A stretch of DNA of 64,000 nucleotides from Amphiscolops sp. MND2022. Taxonomy: Eukaryota. The notes under the pieces are model-generated. The model ran no database searches and was not told the DNA's origin. It saw only the letters and a list, made by a program, of their open reading frames with translations. A program made the position numbers and the translations under genes. This document shows, in pieces, positions 25,680 to 39,500 of this stretch. The DNA is taken from positions 46,192,001 through 46,256,000 of the forward strand of contig OZ076413.1 in NCBI GenBank assembly GCA_964187785.1, written 5' to 3'. Position 1 is the first letter of the stretch. Each line of letters opens with the position of its first letter.

Positions 25680-28600
25680 TCTCTTCTCCGAGTGAGGCTC
25701 CCTCGTACAGAGCAGAAGCACTCAAGTGGGGGAGACCCTCCCCGGCCAGGACTTGCGTGGAGTACTTCTCGGACGCACTCTGCATTGTGCTCAACACCAT
25801 GGGCGCTCTCGTATTCGCCCTCATCACAGTGCCACTGCAGGCTGCTATCATCATCATTGGTTAGCAATTGTAGTTCTTCCCATGGTTTTTTGTGTTCACA
25901 TTCAATTGATATAAGGGCATATTTTCATTTTATTGTCAGCTTTCAATGGAGAGAAGTTTTTCAAAAATTGACATTACCAAACTTTGTTTAAGAAAAGGCT
26001 TTGCTGTTAAGAACCAAGCAGAAATTTATTCAAGATTGCTATTAGAAAATCTTGATTGAATTTAAGCCAGATGACCTTTCATATGTTAATTCTCGGTTGG
26101 TTCTTGTATTTTCATCTCTTTTCAGGTTTAATGAACCTGAAGAAGTGTCCTGCCAATAATTTCATGCCTATTTGGGTTGTGGTCTGGGGAGGCGTGGTAC
26201 TCACCTTCGCCTTTCTCGTCGTTGGACTGCAGGTCACCTTCTAATTACGTAATCGATCAAGATTTTGATGAAGGATAAGCTAAGCGTGAACTGAATAAAC
26301 GTAAAAAGTATAAAGTTTTTGATGGGTACATTTGCTTTCCAATTATTGTTTTTAAATCCCACAAAGATTCCTAAGGGATCCTATGAAAAACAGCCCCCGT
26401 TTTCCCAATGTAAGGTTTCTTAGCAATTCTCCATTTTTGTCTCACTTGGAGTGTCTGTTTTTAATTATTAATAACTTGAGAAATTTTGGCGCCAGACTTG
26501 TTGACTTCACACTGTTCACAAACATCCTGATGCTCAAGCAGAGTTAAAGAAACTCTAATCAATGCTCTAACTTTTCATGAAAATTCGAAATCTCTAGGGT
26601 CTTTAATAAAATTCGTATTTTTGACGGTAATCAACAAAGACCACAGAGACGTCTTAGAGAACTAGAATACTCAATTTTTCGCGAAACTTTTGTCACGCTG
26701 GGGCTGTAATTCATAAGATCATTCAAAAATTCAATTACGACCGGTAGTAACTATGAGGCGAAGGATACAGCCAACTTTGAGTTCTATGTCCCGCGGCGTT
26801 GAACTGAAAGAATTATGGTATGAAACAGCTACGTGCCAAACAATCTTAATAATGAGATTTATCAGGATTATTTTGACTTGCTCTGTGTAATTCCTCTGCT
26901 TCTAGAAGGCAGAATATTCTCTTTATCCCATTTTAATTCCGTATGACACGACTTAGAAAACAAGCAAATTAAATTATTGTCAAGGATTTCTTATTCAAGT
27001 ACCATTTTCTCATTGTTTTGAAACCTTTTCTATACAAAACAATAAAGACTTTGACTCAATCTATGAAACTCAGTGGTTATTAAATACCAAAACAGTTTAA
27101 AAACTGAATTGTTTCTTTCTTGAAAATTTGTGGATAATGTGCAATTAGCAATTATATAAAAACTTAGCTTCCGGAACCATCATGATGATCATGCATTGAA
27201 AAAAACTTGATTTGAGTACATTGTACAATTAAAATTTGAGGCATACTATGTGCATGAAACTGCGTTGAGCTTTCTGTTCAAAAGTATTGAAAGGTACTAA
27301 TTTTTCAACAGTATTAATTCACTCTGAAACTCAGTCAAGTGCTAGAAAATCAAATTCTCAGTTTTTCAATGCAAAGTGAATTCTGCAAATATGCATATAG
27401 CAACAAGACGGAAACGTCTCAAGGTTTCCACCCGCCTAATACGCAAAAAGCTCAGTTTTCAAATTTGTTCAGGAAAAAATTGTTTCCTTTCTTTAAGGAA
27501 AATCTTGTCTCGGACACAAAAATTGGACACTTTGTGTCATAAAAACTTTAGATTGGCTGTGTATACACATAATATCCCTGGTTGAGAAAAAGGTTTAATT
27601 ACAAGGACATAGTGAGAAATGTGAAGTTTTGAACGAAAAATTTATTCCTAACTCTTGGAATGAGAGTGTTTTTCCGAAAACTTTTGCAAGACTTCCATTT
27701 GCTTGAATGAAATAGTTCGTACGCAAAGTGTTCGTACATTCAGTTTCAAGATTTCTCATACAATGCATTATGATCAAAAACCTTGCAAGCATGCATTTTT
27801 GCACAACTAGGGATGTATTACTCGTACATTGCGTTTGACTAGAGATGGAAATTGACCAATTGGGAAGTTTGTGTCGTTTCAGTTCCACATTCGGAGAAAA
27901 GAGATCAAGTTCAAGAAGCAGTACATCTTCGAGATGAAGGAATTTGACACCTCTAGTCGCGACTGCACTCTGGTGCCCTTCGGTCTCTCTTTTGTGATAG
28001 GAGTCGTCATATTCCTCATGGTGGCATGGTTCTGCACAGGTAAAACATGTTGTATCATAAAGTTAAGGTTAGAAAACAGGAGTACTCAAACAATATCTTG
28101 CTATGAGACAACTGTATCACAGCAACGTAAGAATGACATATCATCAGTTTCTGTATCTAAGTTTAATGTTTGTCCACAGTACGGCAGGTTCTGTCTGACA
28201 CCGAAGCTCGGTAGAGGTCATGACGGATGAATCGTTTAACAATACGTAACCACTTATTTAGGTAACCTGTGCGAAGTCTTTAATTTTTAGGAGTTGGAAA
28301 AAATTTTCGACTACTTATGCAATCGTGCTGTTTTTTTTCTCCCAACCTTTTCATGAAAATTTCAAATTTCTCAAAAACTGTCCATACGATTTTCACGAAA
28401 TTTTGCACAGTCATTTTACACCCAAAGGGGCCCCTGCGTGTGTAAGGGCATCAAAATCGTATGGCTGGGATGTGAGAAACATAGCCAAAATTAGCCCAAA
28501 AATGGCCAAAAAACAGTCATTTTTCGACTTTTTTCGATTTTCTCAAAAACTGTCCATACGATTCGAACGAAATTTTCTACAGTCATTCTACATCATAATA

Positions 28601-29777
28601 GAGTCCTATATGTGCAATGGCATCAAAACTGTATGGCTGGGATGTGAGAAACATAGCCAAATTTAACCAAAAATGGCCAAAAAACCGCCATTTTTCGATT
28701 TTCTCAAAAACTGTCCATACTATTCGAACAAAAATTTCTACAGTCATTTTCTACACCATAGAATGGTCCTATGTGTGCAATTGCAATAAATTCGTATGAT
28801 TCTGGGATTGGAGCGAGTCAGAAGGAAAAAGACCTAAGCCGACTCCTTTCCTGCATATGCTGCTCTGGTTTATGAAATCTCTGTGTGGAATAATTACGCC
28901 CATTGAAAAAATATTGTGCATTCGAGATTTCAAAAGTAGTAGATTTTTTTGTAAAAAGAATTAAATCAATGTATAATCTGGGTTCAGTCTAAGATCCTTC
29001 TGTTTTCATGAATGGCATTTCAGCTCAAGTTGAACGCTGATCGCAGACAATGATGACTTTCAAGAAAAATTTTCAAACTTAGAAGAAAAAATTATTTGAG
29101 AATTCTACAAACTTTTTATCGAAAAGTGTTCCCAAAGTATATGATCAAATATGGCTATGTTTTATTCGCTGGTTTTTGCTAAACTGATGGCTCTTATTCA
29201 TCCATATAAATAGCAACTTAGGGTAGGTCTGTAATCATTTATGATTACAGACTGATCATTGTATGTGCTGTGTATGACAACAACTTGATAGCTTGATCAT
29301 GGCATCATCAGTTAAGGACAAGATTTGACTTTAACAAACATAGAGCCATAATCTTGCCTGAGAAAAATGTTTCGGGTTGGTAATCTGGAAATAATAGGCA
29401 AGGATCAAGGAAAGCAATTATGAGGTTTCTGACAAAAGTATCATATCTCTCAAAATCTCGGGAAGTTTTCGCAATCTCAACTAGCTCTATCGTTTATAAT
29501 TCAATAAAGACTTTTGTGAAACAGACCCTAACCCGCGGTTCTTTTTTGTTTCATCGAATTCTCCTTTACACGATACCTTTTTACAGCGGGTGAGTGGTTA
29601 TTCACACCTATTCTTGACGATGAAGCTTCCAATGCCGAGAAATGTACTTTGATAACCTATATAGTGGCCGTCTTCAACTGGTCTCTTGCCCTCGTCATAA
29701 TGCTGTGGTGCTGTTGCACCGGATGTTACGTCACCGAATCCCAGATCGATTTCACACCTGATAACTCACCTGTGTAA
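25680..29777 (+). CDS. TMEM272: TMEM272-like four-pass membrane protein (5' end possibly incomplete)
   Basis: Exons 25680-25859, 26126-26232, 27883-28039 and 29587-29777 have GT..AG boundaries and compatible phases. Protein ..IIIIGLMNLKKCPANNFMPIWVVVWGG..FLMVAWFCTAGEWLF..CTLITYIVAVFNW..CCC matches the family pattern G..l..CP....PI.l.v.G / WF..G..W / C...Y / CCC. Confidence 0.8.
28284..28871 (+). mobile_element. Helentron/DINE-like family B element with about 3 internal units, in a TMEM272-like intron
   Basis: Same termini and internal unit as 20143-21091. Confidence 0.75.
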
Positions 29778-30120
29778 AGATTTAACTTACGTAATCATCT
29801 GGTTGAAAATTGTATCTCTTTATTCGATTAGAAGAACCTTCAACTTAGATCCGCTTCCAAAGGAATATTACATCAGAAAGCTTTCTGTGATTTCAGCAAT
29901 GATAGTGAATCTTGATACACATGCATTTATTGTATATCATATTATCTCAATAAAGTCTAGAACGTTTTCAGAAATTCAAATTCTTTGATATGCATGACCC
30001 GAATCCGAATCGCGAATCGGTAGGTGGTCGATCGATCGACCGTTAAAAACGCTGAAAAACACTCAAACATTTAGCTGTCCATTATATTTGATTGATTAGT
30101 TGCCTCATTCTTATTGATTC

Positions 30121-30426
30121 TTTTTAGGAGTCGGGAAATTTTTCGAGTACTTTTGCAATCGTCTTTTTTTCTCTCGACCTTTCAATGAAAATTTCAAATT
30201 TCTTAAAAACTGTCAATACGATTTCTATGAAATTTTGCACCGTCATCCTACACCCAAAGGGGCTCCTGCGTGCGCAAAGGCATCAAAATCGTATGACTGG
30301 GATGTGAGAAACATGGCCAAAATGAGCCCAAAAATGACCAAAAAACAGTCGTATGATTGGGATTCGAGCGAGTCAGAAGGAAAAAGACCTAGGCCGACTC
30401 CTTTACCGCATATGCGGTTCTGGTTT
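30121..30426 (+). mobile_element. Helentron/DINE-like family B element with a single internal unit
   Basis: tttttAGGAGTCGG ... CCGACTCCT-tta-CCGCATATGCGG-ttctggtt: perfect subterminal inverted repeat plus 3' hairpin. Confidence 0.75.
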
Positions 30427-30519
30427 ATGTTACAAGCTACTTAGTTACAACGAAACTGTGAAAAAAACATCGGAAGAAATCGTTATTTTGAATTTCGTCT
30501 AGCTGCAGCTAGAAATAAC

Positions 30520-30609
30520 AATTTCAATCAGAAACAGCTAGTTCTAGTTTTTGTATTTTTGAAAACACAAAAATACAAAAACTAGAACTAGCTGTTTCTG
30601 ATTGAAATT
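30520..30609. repeat. Perfect 42-bp-arm palindrome with 6-nt loop
   Basis: 30520-30561 is the exact reverse complement of 30568-30609. Confidence 0.9.
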
Positions 30610-32412
30610 TTTCAAGTTTTTTTGACGCTTTTTAAGAAAAATTTTGACCACTAAAATCATTATTAGAAAATTTTATGATTAAATACTTTCTCCAAATTGA
30701 TGAAGCCATGGTTATGTTTGGCTTCGAAAATATTCAACCGTTTCGGAATTCTCAGGCTCAGAATGTGAAAAATCTTCAAGTTAAGGAATAAAAACAAGTA
30801 GAAACATTCTAGACAATCAGCTGATTTTATAGTATCTGAGTTTATAGAACCATATTCTTTGAAAATGCTCGATTTTGAAAAAGTATCTTTCTACGGCTGA
30901 GATTTTGCTTGATGCAAGGAAAAAGTGAAAGTGATAGCAAATGAACATTTTCAAATAGTTGATAACTATGCTCAACACAAAAGACGATTCCTCAATCACG
31001 GTACTGTACATTCCTAAAGGCTATTTCTTTTATAATACAGCATGGTGCAGTTGCAATTTTGAGCATTAACAATTTACAAGAGTAAGCGAATTATCATCTA
31101 CTAAAAGACGGATAGCACAGAGGAACCTGACGGGGATACCGCACAAGGCCATTCGTTGGACTTTTTAGTCAACGGCCATATATGCAGGGCGCTACAAATT
31201 ATCTCTAAACAAAAATTATCCTCCGTGTTGAGAAAAAAAACGACATATACCGTCAACGATTGGACACGGAGCCAAAAGAGAACAGGTAATCGCCAAAAAG
31301 ATAAAGACGACCAGGGTCAATGAACCCACAACACTTCCAACGCATCAGCTGCATGGACAGTTCAGCCTAAACTTTAGACTGGTGGGAAGAAACGATGAAA
31401 GTGAAACAAATTTCTTTGGCCTCTCAACGAAACTCTAGGGAACCTGCAGCGGATGTATGGAAGATATTTCCAGAGGTCCATAATGACACTAGTAGAACTT
31501 CTGTCGAGTGCTAATACAGAACTTCATCTGGAACAAATTGTCCATCCATGTTATCTCCAAGAAGCTAATTCAGAACTTTCAGCTGAAAACACCTTTGGTA
31601 AAAAATTGCAAGACTTTGTGTCAATTATAACAGAAAAACAAAAACACTACAAAGTTTTTATTCTCAAAAAAAATTTTGAATTTGATTTGCCAACTTTTAC
31701 TATTTCAAAATGTGTTTGTAACAATTGTGTCAAGGTTGCATCGTTCCAATTTCAGGATTAAAACTTTGTAATTTTCTTTCCTTGAAAAGCCTCATGGTAA
31801 CGAGGTTGCTGGAAACTACGAGACATCGGCAAGATTTTCGGATTATGCGCAACTACGGTTATTGCTTTTTTAAAACTAACTGCTATCATTCTTTTGAAAG
31901 TTGGAAGCTTCGATGAATAAAAAAACTCCGGCCTTAAACAAGCCGGAAACATTCCAAGGCAGTTCCCGCGTAGATAATGACTGAAATTGATATCATGGCC
32001 TAGTGACTTTCTTTTGGTACGTGCAGCATCAGCTTTTGAGCTGTGTGACTAAGCATTCTGCGTTATCTCTTTATTTTCCGCCCACATCTGGGGAAGGAAA
32101 ATTATAATCTGTGTTGCGTTTTTTTCCAAATTTTGCCAAATCTCCACTTTGTTCATTCTTGCGGAAAAAACAATTTTACTAAGGAGGAAGCGGAGGTTCA
32201 AAAATATTGTGCTATATCCGAATTTTTGAAGAAATTGAAATTCTCTTTCTTGGCCCCGTTTACCAAGGCTAGTAAAACTGTAGTCTTACACAGGCAAAAA
32301 GCTCGTTACCGTTGGCAGTTAGCAATGGAACATTGGCGGCAGCTTGCTATTACCAAAGATATGTTTTCCTTTAAAAAATATACCTTTCTAGTTCCGTTCC
32401 TGTTTAATGGTT

Positions 32413-32845
32413 AACAACACGAGAACGTCTAAAGTCGGCGCTATATCTAAGGCTCAAAAAGCGCAATATTTTTTGAAATAATTTTTGAAATTTTTGATTT
32501 TTTTCATTCGGAAAATGTCACAGAGTGCCGAAAAATGTAAAAGAGAGGACCCTTCGGATTTATTAACATACATTCTGTTGCAAAATATTTAAAAACTCGA
32601 AGAGGGGACCCTTTGGGTACATTTAGAAATTTTCGAAAAAAAGTCGCACAGTGCCGAAAAAATCCAAAGGGGGACCCTTTAGTCCCGTCCGGTTTGTATC
32701 TTACGTTCAAAATTGAGTACACGAAAGGGGGACCCTTTGCCGGTCCAGTAGTTCAGTAGTTCTGTAGAAAAAGTGTCCACTACGCATATATTCTGTTTGT
32801 CTGACGAAAAAAAAGAAAAAAAACTTGCCGCTGTAAAAAGTCGAG
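32413..32845 (-). mobile_element. Helentron/DINE-like family A element, one end truncated
   Basis: Starts aacaacacgagaacgtctaaagtcggcgctatatctaaggctc and has gggggaccctt internal repeats. Confidence 0.65.
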
Positions 32846-35800
32846 TTGGCACATGGGCCGAGTTACAAAGTATTCTCCGAAAGATCGGGATGCTTGCGTT
32901 GAAACGTAAGCCCGCGTCCCATTACACAGCAATGAAGGGATTCGAAAGTCAGAGAACAAAGACCGTGCTTTCGTAATCATTGGGCAAATAGTAACAGATA
33001 ATGCAGATTGCATTTAGCGCATCAAAAGAAGATCCGGGGTACTACAACAATAGGATCTTTATGTTGAACAAGTTTCCTGTCCTGATGCTTGTTGGGCTTG
33101 GATGTAGTAGTTTACTCGGTGTCGCAAAATTTGGTGCATAAAATTTGTGACAGGTCTGTTTAGCCAGTTGATGCTAATTTGGGACAACTCAGCTCTCTCA
33201 AGTCAACGCTAGCGTTGAAAGTGCTGCTGGGCGGAGTTCGACCCTGTCAGCACTTTCAAAGGTCAACGTTCACGACGAGGTGGCAAAGCGGAAGCATCGC
33301 CACGCCTGAAGGAGCCCTAGCTAACCGCAGACTGGTGCCACTTTGCAACCTCAAGTATACCAACTATGATGCGGTATGAGTTCTGAACAAGAGTATTTTA
33401 GCACGGTTCAATTCCCACATCGCGCCACTGTGTTTGGGTAGCTGTCTGGTGGTCTTCTCGCAGATAGTTTGAGACCCCTCGCAGATACTGTCCTAATGTC
33501 AATCGATGCACGAATTATTGATCGTATAAGAAGCCTTGATTCCTTGTCAGACACATCAACCTTGATCGCCACATGAAGAGTAAAAGTCAAAACTAGAGTT
33601 TATCGAATTTCCGATGGACAATGGAAGCGGTCTCATGAACCGGTCTTGCTGAGGTGGGCAAGAAAGAGATTCAAGGACCGATTGTTTATGGTTCTGCAGC
33701 GAATGAATATCATGACAGGTCAGCACGATGATTTTGCGGGACAACACGACAATCCATGCGCAACGGGAAACGATATCGCGTTAGAAGAGGTTGAACTGGG
33801 GCTACCGTATAGAATTAATTGATCCGAACCTGCCTTCTCCAAACCTGACAAATTTTCTCAGAACCTGTCTTTTCCAAAAAGAGGGCGCAAAAATCTATCG
33901 AATTTGAAGTGACGTCATGCGATGAAACCGAAGAATAAAAAAACTGCCGTCCTTTATTAAAATGCCTGCCATCATTCATTAGACCCACTTTGTTCAATCT
34001 GATCCTAGGAGCTCCGTGAAAAAAAGCTAGACGACACCTTTTACTTTGAGTTACGCTGTATAAAATACATGCACAGTGCTTAGAAGTGTGTACTTCTACA
34101 TTCAATGATTTCTGAAACAATAGCTACTCATGACGAAACCATAGACAGATAACCCCTAAATATTCATCTTTCTCTTGTTTTTTTTTAATTCAATACTTTT
34201 GCCATTGAGCATTGGGAACTTTTTTCCATTAACATTTCTTAGTGGGCAGGAAAATTATGCAAATTTCAGTAATTGCTCTAATGATTACAAGGATGGGAAC
34301 TTAATTAGCTTTGTGATATTTCTTAACTTTTTAAATTATGCAGAATAGCCCAAAGTAAACTCCTAATCTTTTACAAAACTATTTTCAAGAACATCCTCCA
34401 ACTTAACAATAGCGCTCTCTCTAATGATAAAAAATGTTTCAAGAAAGTAGAATCAATTCTTCTTCTAACACAGAAAGGAAATGGCTACCAACAAGGCGTT
34501 GTAATTCAAATATTAATAATTCAAACATTCATTCTAACTTCTGAAGGAATCTTTCTAGACTTTGTGTTTTTGTCTATTTAAAGAAAGGGTAGCCATGTGG
34601 CAAACATTAGATGTAAATCAGCCCTGTTATTTGTTCTAATAATTGAGTCTGGATAAACGTATGCAACAATGTTTTGAAAGGACATGTCGGATCTTGCAAA
34701 AACTCAGGTTTTCAAACCGGAAAAAGTGACGTAGTGGCACCTTAAAACAGTAGCACTGGTATTTAATCGAGACTTTGGGATAGTGGGCCTCGAATAATGC
34801 AAAAAAATTTCAACTTTTGTGAAAATTTCTTGCTAAAAACGCAAGATCATCTCTCCTCCGTTTCGATCAAAAACACCTGAACGTTTTTCAGATGCCTCAG
34901 AAACAACAGAGCAAAGTCCATGCATATGCTTTCGCCGCACAAACATGGATCGTATGTGACACCTTCCACATAATGCTATTAAAGTCATTGCTTTTTCCTG
35001 TATGAGTACAACATCTTTTTCAGCTTTAAAATTATGACGAAACGCCGGTACCGTCTGAAAATGAACTGGCGCACAACGACAAAAAATAGAAAAACAAAAA
35101 ACATGAAGAAAAATCCCCTTTGTAGAAATTCTAAAACGAAGGAAAACAATTTTGCGCGCTTTAGTTTCTGCTCTGTTTCATCCATGAATCGTTAATTGCA
35201 AATTAGTCACTCAAACGGGTTGATCACAATCTATCTATAGAGCAGTGCTTTAAGAGAATGGAGTTGGGCTGCAAAAAACGGTATTTTCTTTTCTGACTTA
35301 CTATCGAAGCAAAGCGGATGATAACAAAAAAGTAACTGAACTCGACGAACTAATGCCAAATTGGCAGGTTCAAAGGTCTCAGTCAGCACTTTCGGGCTGT
35401 TTCAAAACCATTTATTTTTCCAAAATCAAATTACTCCACCTTCATGTTTGAAAACAAGCGGAAATATTAGAACCAGCAACGCGTTTTGTAATATGTCAAT
35501 GTCACAATTTGATTTTTTTCACAACAACTATAATCAACTGCAGACAATTTTCGAACCTAGAGGGACTAGGAACCTAGAGGGACTAGTAATTCCATATTGT
35601 AGAAAAAATAATCAGCCTCGAATGTACATAAACGAGTCCAGGGAAACTGAGTTCATTCCTGAAAAACCTTTCGAGTATCAATGGCCTTCAGTTGTTTAAG
35701 CTGAAGGTGGCACCGGCAATCACAGCAGATTAAAAGAGGCCTCGTAAAGTTGATGGCAATTTTACAATTTTAAAACCTAAAAGTTTGCAGGTGTTACTAT

Positions 35801-36552
35801 GTATCAATTCTTTTTGTGAATGCAGCTGAGATGCAATCAATTCTTCCGCCATTTTGATGCAAATTAACTTCAATAACGTTTTATTCTGCCAACTAGCGTC
35901 ATCTTCAGTCACTTGCGGAGAGTTGATTATGTTCAATGAGTAGTTGAGAAGTGTGACTACAACTTGATCGTGTAGGGAATCTATGTATATATATGTTTAA
36001 TCAAAATATACATATTATGTATACTATATTGTTGCGAAGTTTTACTTCAAAAAATCTATTTTTTTTTTATAAAACTTGGAGAATTCAGGGACCATGCATG
36101 GAAAGATCTTGTAGGATTACTATGTAGCTTCACTATTTAAGTTAAAACCGAAAACACTTCCACTCCTTCACTACCGCGGTCAATTTGTTTTCACGCGTAA
36201 GTTTCTCAAGTAAGTACCTTATGTAAACACCGTTAATCAAATAGCACGCTAAATGTGACGCTACTTTGAAACATATTGCGACTGAATTTTATTTGCATTG
36301 AAACGGCGGTAAAAATGACGAAGGTCTCAGCTGCTTTCAAAAGTAGAACGGTCTTTGTCTTTATGAAACCTGCAAGACTTTGCAGCTCAGAATTGCCGCC
36401 AAATTTAGGATGCATCTTATAGGCAGCTTGAGAAAAGTAAATCGAATCAGTGAAGTTCTAACGCATGGAAGTTTCCTTGAGAATTTTATTAAATCATGAA
36501 AAATTAGCTTGGTAACCGATAAAAAATTCAAGCAGTTCCAACCACGGATATA

Positions 36553-39500
36553 TATAGATGACTCTTTCGGGTTTTTCGGCAATCCGCGACTTTCCGAAGA
36601 CATTCAATGGAAAAAATTGCTGGAAATATTTTGAAAACGTTTTTCTCGATTTTTGGTTTTTGAGAGGTTTTCAGTTGATCAAAACCGTTTTCCTAGTTTT
36701 GAGGGATACTTCTGACTGTGTTTTAGTCCTGTAAGACTAATGAGAGTTTTCTCAATAACTTGCAAACGGCCTACGGCTTGTTCGGCACTGTGTTATTTTT
36801 TTCGAGCCAGTTCTCTCTCAGTAAAATGGCACACCTTTCATTTTTTAGAATGTTTTCCTTCGAAAAAGCGTTTTGTGATTTTAATGAGTCTCCTTTTGGT
36901 ATTTTTGACACTATGAAACTTTTTCCGAAAGAAAGCATTCGTATGGAAATACGGTGAGTATTTTTTGTCGCCGTAAATACGATAAACAACAGAATCCCAT
37001 AGCATAGTTATAACACTTTTTTCCGTTATAACACTTGGGCCGTTCCCTGCTCGTTGTTCCTTTCATTCAACTCCTGAATAAAATACATACAAAAAAGTAA
37101 TGAGAAAATAATGTGGAATATAGAAAAATAGTCGCGAAATACATAAACCTTCAGATCGTAAGGACAGTTTTGTTTATATTAATTTCTTGAACAAGTTTGA
37201 GTTATATTATTCTATGAGGTGTCATAATGCCTGCTTCTTTTACAGGCTTGTGAAATTGTTAGGAGATTGTGGACGGTCTTTATGCATGGCAGAGATCGCA
37301 GCGGCTATGCTCTTGTTTTCTTGTTTGGCTCTTTGAGCTCTGGCTCTGTTGAGGATTGCGTAACATCTTTCCAGACCCAGTAGCACGGCACAAAGGAGCA
37401 TGGCAAAAGACCAGATGCTGTGATCATTGAACTTGTCTATACGGGTAACAAACCCCTCTTGCCAAGCAAAGTTCATCCGTGTTTGTCCTAGTTTCACGTT
37501 CTGAGTTGAACTCGACTAAAAATCATAGGTTTGTGGACTGATGATGTTGAAAAAAAAGCTAAAAACCTAAACTAGGTTCATGTTAACGAGTATTTTTTAA
37601 TTGATGGTCAATCCTCTTTTGTAAACTCAGTTCCGATGCAAAGTTTGAATTGTGAGACAGGTATATGTATAGGATACTGAAAACTGTTCAGTTCAAGAAA
37701 AAAATTCTTGCTTTTTAAGCTTTTTAAGCAAAATTAAGTTTTTTTGCTTAACATGTACGTTCTTGATTATCTGTGAAAATCTCCTCGTTTAAAATCTCTC
37801 CATAGATAAAATATCTTAGACAAAAAGTTCCTAAAAAGTATAAAAGTCATACTCCTAAAAAGAAGACAAAATTCAGTTGTATGACTCTGCCTTCGTCCTT
37901 GTTGGGCGCTTCGTTTCGCTGCTGCAAAAAAGACTCATATATTAAAATCTTCTATACTAGGTCATCGTGATTAGCTACGTTCACATACTGATTGTGTCTT
38001 TATTCACGATACCCTAATATAAAAGATTTTAACATGAGGTTTTGTCTAGAATATTTTACCTTGGGAGATTTTAATCAAGGAGATTTAATCTGGGAGATTT
38101 TCACATAATACATTTTGACCAGATACCTGTAACACGGTGAACTCAAACTTCTAACTGAAAACCACCTATTCAAGGGACTAACACAACTCTGAACAATGGT
38201 ACTACCGTATTTAGTAAACAGATGAAAATACTCAATTACCACTAAGTCAAAGTTATCACTAACTTACACACTTCGATTGTTTTTCACTTTGAAAGTGAAT
38301 TCCAGTCAAAATGTGTACCAGGTTAATGTGTAAAACAATCAACTTCCGTCTTCGTGTGTGAAGTGGAAACCAGTCAAAGTACGTAATTGTAGAGATTGTA
38401 ATGTAGTCATTTACTGTAGTTTGATAGTTACGCGTAACGCCAAATCACACAGTGTAACAAGCAAAACTCGTAACGCGTATCAGAAAGAATAACGCGTTTC
38501 CATTGGCTGTTAATCGAGCTAGCAAGATCTTGCTAGTTCGCTGCAGCATATGTATCGTAATGGAACCCGAATGATTCTCACCGAGTTTCACAACAGGACA
38601 GTGGCTATTCCGGAAATTCTCTAAACGGGAACAAAAAATTGCCCTCGCACCATTGTTGAAAAGATAAGACGTAACACAAATGAACAAGCCACTCAAGAAG
38701 ATTTTGTTTGGGGATTTGGTCCGGCAGCACTCTACCAGATGACCATAGCGGAATATAAAACGGAACGGGACAGCATAAAAATCAAAGACCTAATCCGTGT
38801 GTTCCTATATATTACCTGCCGAAGCGAGACACTTACCATAATCCGGGAGACTTCTTCTGGGCAAAATAAACCGAGGAGGAAACACCGGGAGAATTATAGA
38901 GACAGATAAAGGTAATCAAAAAGGAGTGTAAATTAAACACAATCTCGGCTGAACAACTGCTGATATCAAAATATACGACTGCAATTACCGAAAAAAAATT
39001 ACGGGGACAAAATAGTGACGGAGAAAACACTGGAAATGAAGAAAATACTTGAAGTAATCGAACAGAACACGTACGAAAAAAAAAATATAAAAAGAACACA
39101 CAACCGGTAGCTTTGATATCAGCGAACGAAAAACACTCAATAAAAGGAGACCCGATAAAAAATAATCCGGAAAACAAGAACTTAGGTAACCGACCATGCA
39201 GATAAAGTAATGCTCCAAATTGGACACCAACACACAAATGTCCGGCACTAGAGGCAAACTGTAACAAATGCGGAAAGAAGGAACACTACGCGAAAGCATG
39301 CACACAAAAGTTTAACAATACCCCAACGGCGAAAAACTTAACCGAAGAAGAATGAACGAACCGGATGAGTTATCTTGTGAATCAGACCAAAGTACACATC
39401 ACGTAGAAGAAAACGAGAAAAATGAAGAAACAAACAAACACTATACCGCAACAGTAAAAATCATCGGAGTAAAGAGAGAATTAAAAATTGACACCGGATC

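Noticed and set aside
36080..36420. Inverted similarity to about 58620-58980 as ends of a giant TIR element
   Set aside because: The match is diverged and has no defined ends or TSD. It is better explained as two copies of a dispersed repeat.
37240..37497. GPCR call from LGLERCYAI (DRY-like motif)
   Set aside because: Only one hydrophobic helix is present, followed by a stop in both copies, and no other TM exons were found.
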